Below are positions 1-13,995 of a stretch of 64,000 bases of DNA, in pieces. The stretch spans positions 518,289-582,288 of the forward strand of contig OZ242171.1 in NCBI GenBank assembly GCA_965205525.1. The letters run 5' to 3'. Source of the DNA: Gammaproteobacteria bacterium (GTDB lineage Bacteria > Pseudomonadota > Gammaproteobacteria > JABABF01). The translations under genes and the position numbers were made by a program. The notes beneath the pieces were generated by a model that was given only the letters and a program-made list of their open reading frames with translations, was not told where the DNA came from and did no database searches. The first letter of the stretch is position 1. Each line of letters begins with the position of its first letter.

Positions 1-2231
1 GCCGAGCAGGTGCATCTGCTGGAGCGGATCATCGCCGCCGAGGGCTGGGAAAAGCACTTGGGTGCACGCTACCCGGGCACCAAGCGTTTCGGTCTTGAGG
101 GGGCAGAATGCTTGGTCCCCATGCTGGATGAGATCATCCAGCGCGCCGGGACAAAGGGCGTGGTGGAGGCGGTGCTCGGCATGGCGCACCGGGGACGGCT
201 CAACGTGCTGGTCAATATTCTCGGCAAGAATCCCGCCGATTTATTTGAAGAATTTGAAGGCGCGAGTGCCGATGCAGAGCACTCCGGGGATGTTAAGTAC
301 CACCAGGGATTTTCATCCAATGTCCTGACCGCAGGGGGTGAGCTCCACTTGGCACTGGCCTTTAATCCCTCTCATCTGGAGATCGTGGCACCGGTAGTGG
401 AGGGCTCTGTGCGGGCGCGGCAGGACCGGCGCCGGGATGTTCATCGCACCAGGGTGGTGCCCATTATCATCCATGGGGATGCTGCCATTGCCGGCCAGGG
501 GGTGGCGATGGAGACCCTGCAGATGTCCCGCACCCGGGCCTATCACACCGGGGGCACCGTGCACATTGTCATCAACAACCAGATCGGCTTCACCACTGCC
601 CGGGCAGATGACATGCGCTCTGCCGATTACTGCACCGACATTGCCAAGATGATCCAGGCACCGGTGTTCCATATCAACGGCGATGACCCGGAGGCAGTGC
701 TCTTTGCCTCTCGCATCGCCTTGGATTATCGCCAGCGCTTTCACAAGGATGTCATGCTGGAGCTGGTCTGCTACCGGCGGCGCGGCCACAGCGAGGCGGA
801 CGAGCCGGCCATGACTCAGCCGGAGATGTACCGCCGCATCCGTCATCATCCCACCGTGTGCACCCTGTATGCTCGCAAGCTTGCCGCCACCGGCATTCTC
901 AGCGAGCAGGACAGCGCGGTTATGAAGCGGGAATACCGGGAAGACTTAGAGGAGGGGCGGCATGTGGTCAAGAGCCTGGTGCGGGAGCCCGACACCAGCC
1001 TCTTTGTGGACTGGAGCCCTCACTTGGGGCGTGGCTGGGATGAGCCTTGCAACACCGGTATATCGCCGGAAAATGTGCACCGCTTAGCGGCGAAGCTGCA
1101 CACTATTCCCGGCGACTTTCGCCTGCACCGCCAGGTGGCGAAGGTGCTGGATGAGCGTTTTCAGATGGCCTGCGGCAAGATGCCCATCAACTGGGGATGC
1201 GCGGAAATTATGGCCTACGCCAGCCTGCTGGACGCGGGGCATTCGGTGCGCTTGGTCGGTCAAGATGTGGAGCGCGGCACCTTTGCCCATCGCCACGCTG
1301 TGCTGCACGATCAGGAGGAGGGCAGAGAGCACGTGCCTCTGGCTGGCATCTGTGAGGCGGGTGCCCAATTTCACCTGTACAACTCCCTGCTGTCGGAGAT
1401 GGCATCGGTGGGATTTGAATACGGCTACGCGGCCACCTCTCCTGGCATGCTGGTGGTTTGGGAGGCGCAGTTCGGCGATTTTGTTAACAATGCCCAAGTG
1501 GTCATAGATCAATTTCTCAGCAGCGGCGAAGACAAGTGGGGGCGTTTGTGTGGCCTGACACTGCTATTGCCCCACGGCTACGAGGGGCAGGGGCCGGAGC
1601 ATTCCTCGGCCCGCCTTGAGCGCTTTTTGCAGTTATGCGGCGGACAGAACATGCAGGTGTGCATGCCCACCACCCCGGCCCAGATATTTCATCTTCTGCG
1701 CCGGCAGGTGCTGCGCCCCCTGCGCAAGCCCCTGGTGGTGATGACGCCAAAGAGCCTGCTGCGTCACCGAGAAGCGGTTTCCACCATTGAAGACTTGGCA
1801 GACAGTGCCTTCCGGCCGGTGCAGGGGGAAATGGACACTCAAGATGCCGCCAAAGTGCGCCGGATGCTGCTGTGCAGCGGCAAGGTGTACTATGACCTGA
1901 GGCAGGCGCGGCGGCGGGCGGGTCGCGAAGATATTGCCATCGTGCGCTTAGAGCAGCTATACCCCTTTCCCGCGGTGGAGCTGGCCCATGCTATCGCCTC
2001 CTTTGCTGGCATTAAAGAGGTAGTCTGGTGTCAGGAGGAGCCGCGCAATCAGGGGGCCTGGTACACCACCCGCCACCGCATACGGCGTGTTTTGGATATT
2101 TTTGATCTGCAGATAAAATTAGGCTACGCGGGGCGGGATGCCGCGGCGGCACCCGCGGGGGGCTATGCCGACCTGCACATTCGTCAGCAGCAGGATCTCG
2201 TTGACCACGCAATTCATGGGCATGTAGAAGC

Positions 2232-2235
<4 letters not shown>
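1..2235 (+). CDS. sucA: 2-oxoglutarate dehydrogenase E1 component, 5'-truncated at window edge
   Basis: Long ORF open at the left edge; C-terminal E1 motifs (RFGLEGAE...[11 protein letters not shown]..., transketolase-like C-terminus); followed directly by E2 (sucB) and E3 (lpdA). Confidence 0.93.
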
Positions 2236-4926
<2,691 letters not shown>

Positions 4927-4935
4927 CCCCTTCCT

Positions 4936-5520
4936 TTGCAGCTGCTGATTGCCGCCTACCGGCGGGTTGAGCGCCTTGCGGCCCATGCCCATGCAGAGGC
5001 GTGGCTCTTGGCGGTTTCATTCACGGAGGCGATATTCCTGCCGGTGCCGCCGGATGTCATGCTGATCCCTATGACCACGGCGCACCCGGCCCGCTGGCTG
5101 CGCTACGCAGTCGTCGCCACCTTGGCATCGGCCCTCGGTGCACTGAGCTGCTATGCCCTGGGGCACTTCGCTTTTGAATTCCTGCAGCCTTGGCTCATCG
5201 CAAGGGAAGGCTGGCACGAGGATTTTCTCAAGGTGCAGCAGTGGCTTACCAGGTGGCAGGTCTGGGTGGTGCTGGTCGCCGGCTTTACGCCGCTGCCCTA
5301 CAAGCTGGCCACTTTCACCGCCGGCACCATGAGCCTGCCCCTCCTGCCCTTCGTGCTCGCCTCCCTCGCCGCCCGTGGGCTGCGTTTTAGCATGGTGACG
5401 GCGACCATGCGCTTCCTTGCGCCGCAACTGGCGAAGCAGCTGCTAGCACGCACCGAGATCTTGCTTTTGGGCCTGGTGCTGGCTCTTTTGGCCGCACTGC
5501 TGCTGTACTTTCTGCTCTGA
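4936..5520 (+). CDS. YqaA/DedA-family (SNARE-associated-like, COG1238) inner-membrane protein
   Basis: 194 aa, several predicted TM helices, motif FTEAIFLPVPPDVMLIPM typical of YqaA-like DedA proteins; true start may be internal. Confidence 0.6.
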   Translation: MQLLIAAYRRVERLAAHAHAEAWLLAVSFTEAIFLPVPPDVMLIPMTTAHPARWLRYAVVATLASALGALSCYALGHFAFEFLQPWLIAREGWHEDFLKVQQWLTRWQVWVVLVAGFTPLPYKLATFTAGTMSLPLLPFVLASLAARGLRFSMVTATMRFLAPQLAKQLLARTEILLLGLVLALLAALLLYFLL

Positions 5521-5546
5521 CCAAGCGGGCCCGCCCGCCCTGCTTT

Positions 5547-5765
5547 CTATTGTTTATAGGCCCGCAGAGCGACAAATTCCAAGGTTTTCTCCAGTACATA
5601 ATCCGGGTATTCATGCAGGCCTTCTTTCACAAAAGTAAAACCGCCATCTTCCACTTTCGGCACCCACATGCGGATGCGAAATTTTCCGTTTTCTGCTTCT
5701 ATGACATGCTCTGTCGGTTTTAGTCCTTCTTCCTCTAGCCTATTTTTAAATTCTTTCTCGTTCAT
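5547..5765 (-). CDS. small hypothetical protein (~72 aa) in an AT-richer patch
   Basis: ORF on - strand beginning MNEKEFKNRLEEEGLK... The listed ORF start at 5789 is a TTG; the ATG at 5765 with upstream GGGGTG is more plausible. No family recognised. Confidence 0.4.
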   Translation of the reverse strand: MNEKEFKNRLEEEGLKPTEHVIEAENGKFRIRMWVPKVEDGGFTFVKEGLHEYPDYVLEKTLEFVALRAYKQ

Positions 5766-6176
5766 TATCTGCACCCCAGCCCAGTACAATAATTTTCTGG
5801 CAGCAGAGCAGAAGTTTTGCTGCTTTTCTCTTTGTCAGTGCATGTCTGCTTGTCTCTTGCTTTCTTCATCGCTTACCCGTTAGAAGGCCCGCCCTTGGGA
5901 CAAATTGTGCAGCAGACGCATACTAGTCAGCATTGTAATTTTGTCAAGCGACGAGAAAAAATGGCTTCCCCCATGCCTTCAGTCTCAGTTCCTCTGCTTT
6001 GCACAGAATGTCCTGGCCCCTCGGTTTCGGTGCGCTTTTGCGTGCTTTAAGCCTTAAGTTTTTCCTGCAGCGGGGGAGCCCAATCTGTACCGGGAGTTCA
6101 TTCTCCGCCGTCGGGCACTCTCTAAACAGGCGCTTTTTCCATCCTTGCATCGGCCTAGGTATATAATCTCGGGAGC

Positions 6177-7355
6177 ATGAATCTCCACGAGTATCAAGCC
6201 AAGCAGATTTTCGCCGATTTCGGGCTTCCGGTGTCTCGGGGAGTGGTGGCAGAGAGCCCCGAAGAGGCGGAGAAGGCAGCTGCGAAGATCGGCGGCACCC
6301 GCTGGGCGGCCAAAGCACAGGTGCATGCCGGCGGGCGCGGCAAGGCCGGGGGGGTTCTGCTTCTGGACAGCCCTGAGGCAGTGAAGGATTTTGCTGCCCG
6401 CTGGCTGGGCAAGCGCCTGGTTACCTGCCAGACAGACGAGCGCGGCCAGCCGGTAAACCAAATCCTGGTGGAGGAGTGCACCGAGATTGATCGGGAGCTC
6501 TATTTGGGGGCAGTGGTAGATCGCGAAAGCCGCCGGGTTGTCTTCATGGCTTCCACTGAGGGCGGCGTTGAAATAGAAAAAGTGGCCGCCGAAACCCCGG
6601 AAAAAATTCTGCGTGCGACGATCTCTCCGCTGACTGGCGCACTGCCTTTTCAAGGCCGCAGCCTAGCCTTCGGCATGGGGCTCTCCTCTTCCCAAGCGGC
6701 CCAGTTTGCCGATATTTTTCTTGCCCTGTACCGCCTTTTCACCGAGCGGGATTTGTCGCTTTTGGAGATCAATCCGCTGGTGATCACCAAGGCGGGCAAA
6801 CTGCACTGCCTGGATGCAAAGCTGGTGGCTGACGGCAATGCCCTTTACCGGCAGAAGAGCTTGGCGGCCATGCGCGATGCCAGCCAGGAGGACGAGCGGG
6901 AGGCCCGCGCCGCCGAGTGGGGTCTGAGCTATGTCGCCTTGGACGGCAGTATCGGCTGCATGGTTAACGGTGCCGGCCTGGCGATGGGCACTATGGACAT
7001 GATCCAGCTGCACGGCGGCAGCCCTGCCAATTTCTTAGATGTCGGTGGCGGCGCCACCAGCGAGCGGGTCAGCGAGGCATTCAAAATCATCCTCTCTGAC
7101 GGCAAGGTGCGTGCCATCCTGATCAATATTTTCGGCGGCATCGTGCGCTGTGACTTGGTCGCCAAGGGTATTGTGGAGGCGGTGCGGGAGGCGGGCGTAA
7201 AAGTCCCGGTGGTGGTCCGGCTTGAAGGGAACAGCGCACCCCAGGGCTTGGAAATCCTGGCGGGAAGCGATCTCAATATCATTGCCGCCGGCACTATCAC
7301 CGAGGCGGCGGAGCGGGCGGTGGAAGTCGCCGCCGGCAAGGGCGCGGCGCGATGA
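6177..7355 (+). CDS. sucC: succinyl-CoA synthetase beta subunit
   Basis: [20 protein letters not shown]-terminus, ATP-grasp domain, 392 aa; GGGAG RBS 2 nt upstream of ATG. Confidence 0.95.
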   Translation: MNLHEYQAKQIFADFGLPVSRGVVAESPEEAEKAAAKIGGTRWAAKAQVHAGGRGKAGGVLLLDSPEAVKDFAARWLGKRLVTCQTDERGQPVNQILVEECTEIDRELYLGAVVDRESRRVVFMASTEGGVEIEKVAAETPEKILRATISPLTGALPFQGRSLAFGMGLSSSQAAQFADIFLALYRLFTERDLSLLEINPLVITKAGKLHCLDAKLVADGNALYRQKSLAAMRDASQEDEREARAAEWGLSYVALDGSIGCMVNGAGLAMGTMDMIQLHGGSPANFLDVGGGATSERVSEAFKIILSDGKVRAILINIFGGIVRCDLVAKGIVEAVREAGVKVPVVVRLEGNSAPQGLEILAGSDLNIIAAGTITEAAERAVEVAAGKGAAR

Positions 7356-8224
7356 GCATACTGGCGGACGCTGATACCCGGGTGATCTGCCAGGGCTTTA
7401 CCGGCTCCCAGGCGACTTTCCACTGTCAGCAGTGCATTGAATACGGCACCCAGCTGGTGGGCGGGGTGGTGCCGGGCAAAGGCGGACAGCAGCACTTGGG
7501 CCGCCCGGTCTTCAACACGGTGGCGGAAGCGGTGGCAGAAACCGGCGCCGATGCCTCCCTGATCTTTGTGCCGGCTCCCTTTTGCAAGGATTCCATCCTG
7601 GAAGCGGCGACGGCCGGCGTTGGCCTGGTGATATGCATCACCGAGGGCATGCCCACCTTGGATATGCTGCAAGTCAAAGCTTGCTGCGACGATCTTGGCA
7701 CCCGTCTAATCGGTCCCAACTGTCCTGGCGTGATCACCCCCGGAAAGTGCAAAATGGGCATCATGCCCGGCAACATTCACTTGCCTGGACGGGTCGGCAT
7801 CGTCTCCCGCTCCGGCACCCTGACCTATGAGGCGGTCAAGCAGACGGCAGATGCCGGCCTCGGCCAGTCCACCTGTGTGGGAATTGGCGGCGACCCGATC
7901 CCGGGCTCCAGCTTCACGGATATTCTCGCCATGTTTCAGCAGGACGAGGGCACCGATGCTATCGTCATGATCGGTGAGATCGGCGGCACTGCCGAGGAGG
8001 AGGCTGCTTCCTTCATACGCGAGCATGTAGAGAAGCCGGTGGTAGCCTACATCGCCGGTGTTACGGCGCCCCCTGGCAAGCGCATGGGACATGCCGGCGC
8101 CATCATTGCCGGCGGCAAGGGCACGGCGGCGGAGAAGTACGCAGCCTTGGAAGCCGCTGGCGTAAAAACCGTGCGCAGTCTGGCCGAGATCAGCACGGCA
8201 CTGGCGAAAGCCGCCGGCTGGTAG
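7352..8224 (+). CDS. sucD: succinyl-CoA synthetase alpha subunit
   Basis: ATGA overlap with sucC; CoA-binding motif [14 protein letters not shown], 290 aa. Confidence 0.95.
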   Translation: MSILADADTRVICQGFTGSQATFHCQQCIEYGTQLVGGVVPGKGGQQHLGRPVFNTVAEAVAETGADASLIFVPAPFCKDSILEAATAGVGLVICITEGMPTLDMLQVKACCDDLGTRLIGPNCPGVITPGKCKMGIMPGNIHLPGRVGIVSRSGTLTYEAVKQTADAGLGQSTCVGIGGDPIPGSSFTDILAMFQQDEGTDAIVMIGEIGGTAEEEAASFIREHVEKPVVAYIAGVTAPPGKRMGHAGAIIAGGKGTAAEKYAALEAAGVKTVRSLAEISTALAKAAGW

Positions 8225-8248
8225 CTGGTATCTGCCCCGGAAAGTGCA

Positions 8249-9274
8249 GTGAGTGCTCCGGTCAGCGTTTTAGGAGGGGGCAGTTTCGGCACTGTTCTTG
8301 CCAGCATCATCGCCGGCAATGGCACCGAAGTGCGGCTGTGGCTGCGGGATTCCGCCGCTGCTCGGAGGATACAGACAACCCGCCGCAATGCCGCCTATCT
8401 GCCCGACTGCGAACTGGGGCCGACACTCATGGCCACGGCGGATATAGCAGAGGCCGTGGCGGGTGTCAGCTCGGTATTCGTGGCAGTTCCGAGCGCATCG
8501 TGTCGCGCGGTGGCCCGCCACGCTGCGCCCCACCTGCCGTCGGGCATACAGGTCATCAGCACTACTAAAGGATTGGAGGCAGAGGGCGTCAAGCTGATGA
8601 GCCAGGTCCTCGCCGAAGAACTGCCGGATGTCAGTATCGGCGTGCTGAGCGGGCCTAACATCGCCGCTGAGCTGGCCGCCTGCCAGCCCGCCGCCGCCGT
8701 CATCGCCAGTTCCGATGAAAATCTGCGCGCCCGCGTTCAGGATCTGCTGCACTGTGATTATTTCCGGGTGTATGCCGGGCTGGATATGTACGGCGTGGAG
8801 CTGGGAGGGGCGCTGAAGAACATTTACGCCATCATGGGCGGCATCGCTGCCGCCCTGGACTTGGGCTACAACGCTATCGGCCTGCTGATCACACGCTCAC
8901 TGGCGGAAATGAGCCGCTTTGCAATCCATCTCGGTGCCGACCCGATAACTTTTCTCGGCCTCGCCGGCACTGGCGACCTGCTGGTAACCTGCCTCTCCCC
9001 AAACAGTCGCAACTACCGGGTGGGGTACGCCTTGGGACAGGGTATGGATCTTAAAGAGGCGCTGGCCCAGGTGGACCAGACCGCCGAGGGAGTGAACACC
9101 CTGCGCATCGTTACAGAGCGGGCGCGGCGGGAAAATATTTACATGCCGCTGGCAGACGGCTTGCACCGCATACTTTTTGAAGGGCATGCCTTGGAAGATG
9201 TGCTCTCCGGCCTGATGCGTCTGGAGCAGAAGGACGATGTGGAGTTCCAAACCGCCCGGCCTCGGGACGACTGA
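8249..9274 (+). CDS. gpsA: NAD(P)H-dependent glycerol-3-phosphate dehydrogenase
   Basis: GTG start; VLGGGSFGTVLA Rossmann motif; 341 aa typical GpsA length and motifs. Confidence 0.9.
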   Translation: MSAPVSVLGGGSFGTVLASIIAGNGTEVRLWLRDSAAARRIQTTRRNAAYLPDCELGPTLMATADIAEAVAGVSSVFVAVPSASCRAVARHAAPHLPSGIQVISTTKGLEAEGVKLMSQVLAEELPDVSIGVLSGPNIAAELAACQPAAAVIASSDENLRARVQDLLHCDYFRVYAGLDMYGVELGGALKNIYAIMGGIAAALDLGYNAIGLLITRSLAEMSRFAIHLGADPITFLGLAGTGDLLVTCLSPNSRNYRVGYALGQGMDLKEALAQVDQTAEGVNTLRIVTERARRENIYMPLADGLHRILFEGHALEDVLSGLMRLEQKDDVEFQTARPRDD

Positions 9275-10143
9275 TGGCGGAAGATTTCCAGCTGGAACTG
9301 CGCGGTCTCTCTTATGCAGTCCGCGCCTGGGGACCAAAGGACGGCCATCCGGTGCTGGCGGTGCACGGCTGGCTGGACAACGCCCTCAGCTTTGAAGTGC
9401 TGGCGGGGCACCTGCTGGAGTACCGCATAGTTGCCCCGGACTTAGCGGGCCACGGTCTAAGCGGGCATCGCCCTCCCCAGGGCTCCTATAACATCTGGGA
9501 TGACCTGCCAGACCTGCTCCTCCTCGCCGATGCACTCTCCTGGCAGAAGTTCTCGCTGCTCGGTCATTCCAGGGGGGCGGCCGTTGCCACCCTCTTGGCT
9601 GCCGCGGTGCCGGAGCGGGTCACCGCCCTGACGCTCTTGGAAGGTTTTCTGCCCCTGTCGGAGCAGGCCGAGAATGCCCCTGCCCAGCTGAGCCAATTCC
9701 TGCAGGACACCTTGGCTGCCCCGGGGAAGAGAGCGCCTTCCCACCCCGACCGGGCGGCGGCGGCCGCCGCCCGCGCTCGCCGCGCCGGGATGAGCCTGCC
9801 GACAGCGGAAATGCTGCTAGAGCGGGGCGTGCGGGATGAGGATGGCAAGTGCCGCTGGCGCAGTGACCCCCGGGTAACCGGTGCCTCTGCTTTCAAGCTG
9901 GACCGGGCCCGCAACAATGCCTTCCTGCGTGCCCTGCAGGCGCCGACCCTGCTGATCCTGGCGCAGAAGGGCTTGGCCGGGATGTCCGAATTGCGTAAGA
10001 TGTGTGAGAATTGCCCCCAGGCTGTGATGTCTGTGCTGCCGGGTCGTCATCATTTTCACATGGAAGAGGAACAGGCGCCGGCGGTGGCAGAGCGTCTTCG
10101 GCGTTTCTTGCAAAATTATTCTCTAGGGGGCAAAACACCATGA
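9274..10143 (+). CDS. alpha/beta-fold hydrolase
   Basis: HGWLDNALSF...GHSRGAAVA nucleophile-elbow (GxSxG-like) and C-terminal His region; 289 aa. Confidence 0.75.
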   Translation: MAEDFQLELRGLSYAVRAWGPKDGHPVLAVHGWLDNALSFEVLAGHLLEYRIVAPDLAGHGLSGHRPPQGSYNIWDDLPDLLLLADALSWQKFSLLGHSRGAAVATLLAAAVPERVTALTLLEGFLPLSEQAENAPAQLSQFLQDTLAAPGKRAPSHPDRAAAAAARARRAGMSLPTAEMLLERGVRDEDGKCRWRSDPRVTGASAFKLDRARNNAFLRALQAPTLLILAQKGLAGMSELRKMCENCPQAVMSVLPGRHHFHMEEEQAPAVAERLRRFLQNYSLGGKTP

Positions 10144-10820
10144 TCCATCTGTATACCGCACCGACACCGAATGGCCACAAAATCTCTATCGCCTTAGAGG
10201 AGCTGGGCATCCCCTATGAGGTGCACAGCATCAACCTGGTGGAGGGCGAGCAGAAGCAGCCGGACTTCCTGCGCTTTAATCCGAATGGCAGGGTGCCGGC
10301 TCTGACAGACGAAGAAAACAAGGTCAGCATGTTTGAGTCAGGAGCCATCCTCATCTATCTGGCGGAAAAAGCTGGCCGCCTGCTTCCCGCCGGGGAGCCA
10401 GGGCGCAGCCAGGTGATGCAGTGGCTGATGCTTCAGATGTCGGGCATCGGCCCGATGCAGGGGCAGGCGGTAGTCTTTCATCGCTATCTTGAGGAGAAGC
10501 TGCCCGCTGCTGTTTCGCGCTTTCAGCACGAGGGGCGACGGCTTTATGGCGTTCTGGACGCCCGCCTGCAGAAGAATGACTTCCTGGCCGGGGAATACAG
10601 CATCGCGGATATTGCCGTGTATCCCTGGTATGCCATCCATAGCTGGGCGGGCTTGCAGCTGGAGGACTTCAGTGCTCTCGCCAGCTGGGCGGAGCGCATC
10701 GGAGAGCGTCCCGCCGTGCAGCGGGGCATGGCGGTGCCCACCCGGATGAACCTGACCGAGCTGGATGAAAAGGAAGCCGAAGACATAGTGAAGCGAGCGC
10801 GCACCCTGCTGATGCGCTGA
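10140..10820 (+). CDS. glutathione S-transferase (Nu-class/YfcG-like)
   Basis: MIHLYTAPTPNGHKISIALEELGIPYEV... thioredoxin-like N-domain with RVPAL...ESGAIL motifs. The ATG at 10140 overlaps the hydrolase stop by 4 nt (ATGA), so the upstream ORF extension from 10011 is rejected. Confidence 0.85.
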   Translation: MIHLYTAPTPNGHKISIALEELGIPYEVHSINLVEGEQKQPDFLRFNPNGRVPALTDEENKVSMFESGAILIYLAEKAGRLLPAGEPGRSQVMQWLMLQMSGIGPMQGQAVVFHRYLEEKLPAAVSRFQHEGRRLYGVLDARLQKNDFLAGEYSIADIAVYPWYAIHSWAGLQLEDFSALASWAERIGERPAVQRGMAVPTRMNLTELDEKEAEDIVKRARTLLMR

Positions 10821-10930
10821 GTGCAATCCCAAGGAGCGGCCGGGCAAGCCGCCAAGCGCTGGAAATCTCGGAAGGGCAGAGACAGCCTATAGCTGGCGGC
10901 AGCGGCCCTTCAATTGCGGCGCGGGCGAGG

Positions 10931-11500
10931 CTATCGCAGGAGCGATAGAAATTCGTTGCGCGTCGCCGCGCTGGCGTGGAAGCAGCCTAGCATCGCGGAT
11001 GTTTTCATAATCGAATTCTGCTTTTCCACGCCGCGCATCATCATGCACAGGTGGCGTGCCTCAATGATCACCCCGATCCCGGCGGCGCCGGTAACATCGA
11101 GGATAGAGGTCGCGATCTGTCTCGTTAACTCCTCTTGGATCTGCAGGCGACGGGCGTACATATCCACGATGCGCGCCACTTTGGACAGGCCCAGCACCTT
11201 GCCTTCTGGGATGTAGGCGATGTGGCATTTCCCGATAAAGGGCAGCAGATGGTGCTCGCACAGGGAGTACAGCTCTATGTCCTGCACCAGGATCATTTCG
11301 CTGGCATTGGAAGGGAAAAGCGCGTTGTTAACCAGGTCGTCCAAGTTCTGCTGGTAGCCCCGGGTAAGAAAGCGCAGCGCCTGCGCCGCCCGGACCGGCG
11401 TGTCCAAGAGACCCGGGCGTTCCAAGTCTTCACCAATTTCTTCAATCAAGCGGATATAGGCTTTTTCCATGGAGGGACCTGCGGGGGCTGAAGACTGCAA
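10931..11500 (-). CDS. folE: GTP cyclohydrolase I
   Basis: [13 protein letters not shown] and HLCMMMRGV FolE motifs; the start may be the internal ATG at 11470 (MEKAY...). Confidence 0.9.
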   Translation of the reverse strand: MQSSAPAGPSMEKAYIRLIEEIGEDLERPGLLDTPVRAAQALRFLTRGYQQNLDDLVNNALFPSNASEMILVQDIELYSLCEHHLLPFIGKCHIAYIPEGKVLGLSKVARIVDMYARRLQIQEELTRQIATSILDVTGAAGIGVIIEARHLCMMMRGVEKQNSIMKTSAMLGCFHASAATRNEFLSLLR

Positions 11501-11544
11501 AGAGGGAGAATTCTAACAGGGGGGGCAGGTATAATGCGAATTCT

Positions 11545-12690
11545 TTGTCTCCCGCTCTCACGGCTTGCATACCGTTGTCTGGCAATACCTTCGGTCTTCT
11601 CTTCACTGTAACCAGCTTCGGTGAAAGCCACGGTCCAGCCTTGGGCTGCATCGTAGATGGCTGTCCGCCCAGCTTAGCTCTCGCCGAGGCGGACATACAG
11701 CGGGACCTGGACCGGCGTCGGCCCGGGCGTTCCCGCTACACGAGTCAGCGTCGGGAGCCGGACCAGGTGCGCATACTGTCCGGGGTTTTTGAGGGGGAGA
11801 GCACTGGCACGCCGATCATGCTTCTGGTGGAGAATCAGGACCAGCGCCCCAAGGACTACGCCAAGACCCGGGAGCTGCTGCGCCCGAACCACGCCGACTA
11901 CGTCTACCTGCAAAAGTACGGACGGCGAGATCACCGGGGCAGCGGCCGCGCTTCCGCCCGGGAGACCGTCGCCCGGGTGGCGGCAGGGGCGATTGCCCGG
12001 AAGTATCTGGCCGAGCGCTGTGGCATTCAGATAAGGGGCTGCCTTGTCGGGCTGGGTCCCATCGGCTTGGAAATCTCGGACTGGAGTGCTGTGGAGAACA
12101 ATCCCTTCTTCTGTCCGGACCCGGAGCGTCTGCCGCAGCTGGAAGAATTTATGGAGAAGCTGGTAAAGGAGGGGGATTCCATCGGGGCAGAAATTCTGGT
12201 AGAAGCCCGCTCAGTGCCGCCGGGGCTCGGCGAGCCTGTGTATGACCGCTTAGACGCGGACTTGGCGGCGGCCATGATGAGCATCAATGCGGTTAAGGGG
12301 GTGGCCGTGGGGGATGGCTTTGATGCCGCACGACAGCGCGGCACTGAACATCGGGACGAAATGCTGCCGGAGGGTTTCTGCTCCAATCATGCGGGGGGCA
12401 TTGTCGGGGGTATTTCCACCGGACAGGACATCCTGCTGCGAATCGCCTTAAAACCCACCTCCAGCATTCGGCTGCCGGCCCAGAGCGTGGATGTTGACGG
12501 TCAGCCGGCAGAGGTGGCCACCACCGGTCGCCATGACCCCTGCGTGGGCTTGCGCGCCGTGCCGGTGGCCGAGGCGATGCTGGCCTTAGTGCTGATGGAC
12601 CATTTCCTGCGCAATCGTGCGCAGAATGCTGATGTTGAGCCCGGCATGAAGCCTCTGCCTTCCCGCGCGGGAGACCCTCCGACCCGATGA
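11545..12690 (+). CDS. aroC: chorismate synthase
   Basis: [19 protein letters not shown]-terminal signature, 3 conserved AroC regions, about 380 aa; the real start is probably the TTG near 11574 (MSGNTFG). Confidence 0.9.
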   Translation: MSPALTACIPLSGNTFGLLFTVTSFGESHGPALGCIVDGCPPSLALAEADIQRDLDRRRPGRSRYTSQRREPDQVRILSGVFEGESTGTPIMLLVENQDQRPKDYAKTRELLRPNHADYVYLQKYGRRDHRGSGRASARETVARVAAGAIARKYLAERCGIQIRGCLVGLGPIGLEISDWSAVENNPFFCPDPERLPQLEEFMEKLVKEGDSIGAEILVEARSVPPGLGEPVYDRLDADLAAAMMSINAVKGVAVGDGFDAARQRGTEHRDEMLPEGFCSNHAGGIVGGISTGQDILLRIALKPTSSIRLPAQSVDVDGQPAEVATTGRHDPCVGLRAVPVAEAMLALVLMDHFLRNRAQNADVEPGMKPLPSRAGDPPTR

Positions 12691-13838
12691 CGGTCTCTCC
12701 GCCCTACTGGCGGCTCTCTGGCTTTTATTTCTGCTACTTTGCAACTCTGGGGGCTTGGCTGCCCTACTGGAGCCTGTACTTGGATGAGCAGGGGCACCCC
12801 CCCAAGGTTATCGGCATTCTGCTGGCTGTCACCCTGCTGACCAAGGTTGTCGCCCCCTGGCTTTGGGGCTGGCTGGCCGACCGAGGCGGCGGTTATCTGC
12901 GCTTTGTCCGCTTCGGCGGCTTGATGGCCTGGGTCAGCTTCCTGCTGATTTTTCTCAGCGATAGCCTGGGCTGGCTTCTGGCAGTGCTGGCGCTGACAGC
13001 TTTTTTCTGGAATGCAGTTCTGCCTCAGTTTGAAGTCTTCACACTTTCCCATCTGCGAGACAGGCCGGAGCGTTACAGCCTGGTGCGGCTGTGGGGCTCG
13101 GTCGGCTTTATTGCGGCGGTCGGCCTGCTCGGTCTTTTTTTCAGCGCGGTTTCCATACGCTTTCTGCCCTGGGTGCTGGTCTTGCTGCTGGGGGCTATCT
13201 GGTTCAGCAGCCTGCTGCTGCCGCCGTCGCCGCCCCGCCCCCGGCAGGAGAGCAGACGCTCCTTGGCGACGGAGCTGCTGCGACCGGCGACCCTGGCCTT
13301 TCTCGCTGCGGCTTTCTTGATTCAGCTGTCCCACGGGCCCTACTACACCTTTTACAGCATCCTGCTGGAGGATCGCGGCCACACCCGCCCCCTCATCGGC
13401 ATGCTGTGGGCGCTGGGGGTGGGCTCAGAAGTTCTGCTGTTTCTCGCGCTGCCGAGATTCTTAGGGCGCATTGATGTGCGCCTGCTCCTCTTTGTCAGCG
13501 CCCTGCTGACCGCCCTGCGCTGGGCCATCATCGCCTTCTCTGCCGGCAGCCTCCCATTGCTGATTGCCGCGCAGCTGCTGCACGCCGCCAGTTTTGGCGC
13601 CTTTCATGCGGCCTCCATTGAAAGGGTGCGGAGCAGTTTCCGGGGCGGACTGGAAGGGCGCGGCCAGGCGCTCTACAGCGCACTGAGCTTCGGTGCCGGC
13701 GGTGCCCTCGGTGCCTGGGGCAGCGGGTGGCTGTGGACTCCCGGGGGGCAGGGTGTATTCCTCGCTGCCGCCGGATGCGGGCTGCTGGCTTCCTGTCTGC
13801 TCGCTCTCCTGTTCCTTGGACGCAGGGGCACCCCTTAG
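12687..13838 (+). CDS. MFS transporter, HcaT/MFS_1_like family
   Basis: ATGA overlap with aroC; 12 predicted TM segments; RLWGSVGFI and N-terminal similarity to the 3-phenylpropionate transporter family. Confidence 0.75.
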   Translation: MTVSPPYWRLSGFYFCYFATLGAWLPYWSLYLDEQGHPPKVIGILLAVTLLTKVVAPWLWGWLADRGGGYLRFVRFGGLMAWVSFLLIFLSDSLGWLLAVLALTAFFWNAVLPQFEVFTLSHLRDRPERYSLVRLWGSVGFIAAVGLLGLFFSAVSIRFLPWVLVLLLGAIWFSSLLLPPSPPRPRQESRRSLATELLRPATLAFLAAAFLIQLSHGPYYTFYSILLEDRGHTRPLIGMLWALGVGSEVLLFLALPRFLGRIDVRLLLFVSALLTALRWAIIAFSAGSLPLLIAAQLLHAASFGAFHAASIERVRSSFRGGLEGRGQALYSALSFGAGGALGAWGSGWLWTPGGQGVFLAAAGCGLLASCLLALLFLGRRGTP

Positions 13839-13995
13839 GCCAGTGGCCGGAGGCTGCTGATAGACATAGCCGTCGGGGACTCTCTCTGGGCAGCGGCGAC
13901 TACGCTGCCGTTGCCTGCAAATATGCGGCGGTGCCGGCGGCAAGAATGACGGGCAAGGCGGTGGTGGTGCCTTGGAGAGTGGTCGGGGAGTGAAG

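Noticed and set aside
6137-6167. sigma70-like TTCCAT/TTGCAT ... TATATAAT hexamers just upstream of sucC
   Set aside because: The TATAAT ends only ~10 nt before the ATG, so a transcript starting there would lack the GGGAG RBS. It may be incidental AT-rich sequence, and the true promoter is probably further upstream.
10821-10930. GC hairpin GCGGCcgggcaaGCCGC between the convergent GST and folE
   Set aside because: Short stem, no T-tract. Possibly a weak bidirectional terminator but not supportable from sequence alone.
13889-13909. hairpin GGCAGCG-N7-CGCTGCC between the convergent MFS and lipoprotein genes
   Set aside because: No flanking U-tract on either strand, so it cannot be called as an intrinsic terminator.
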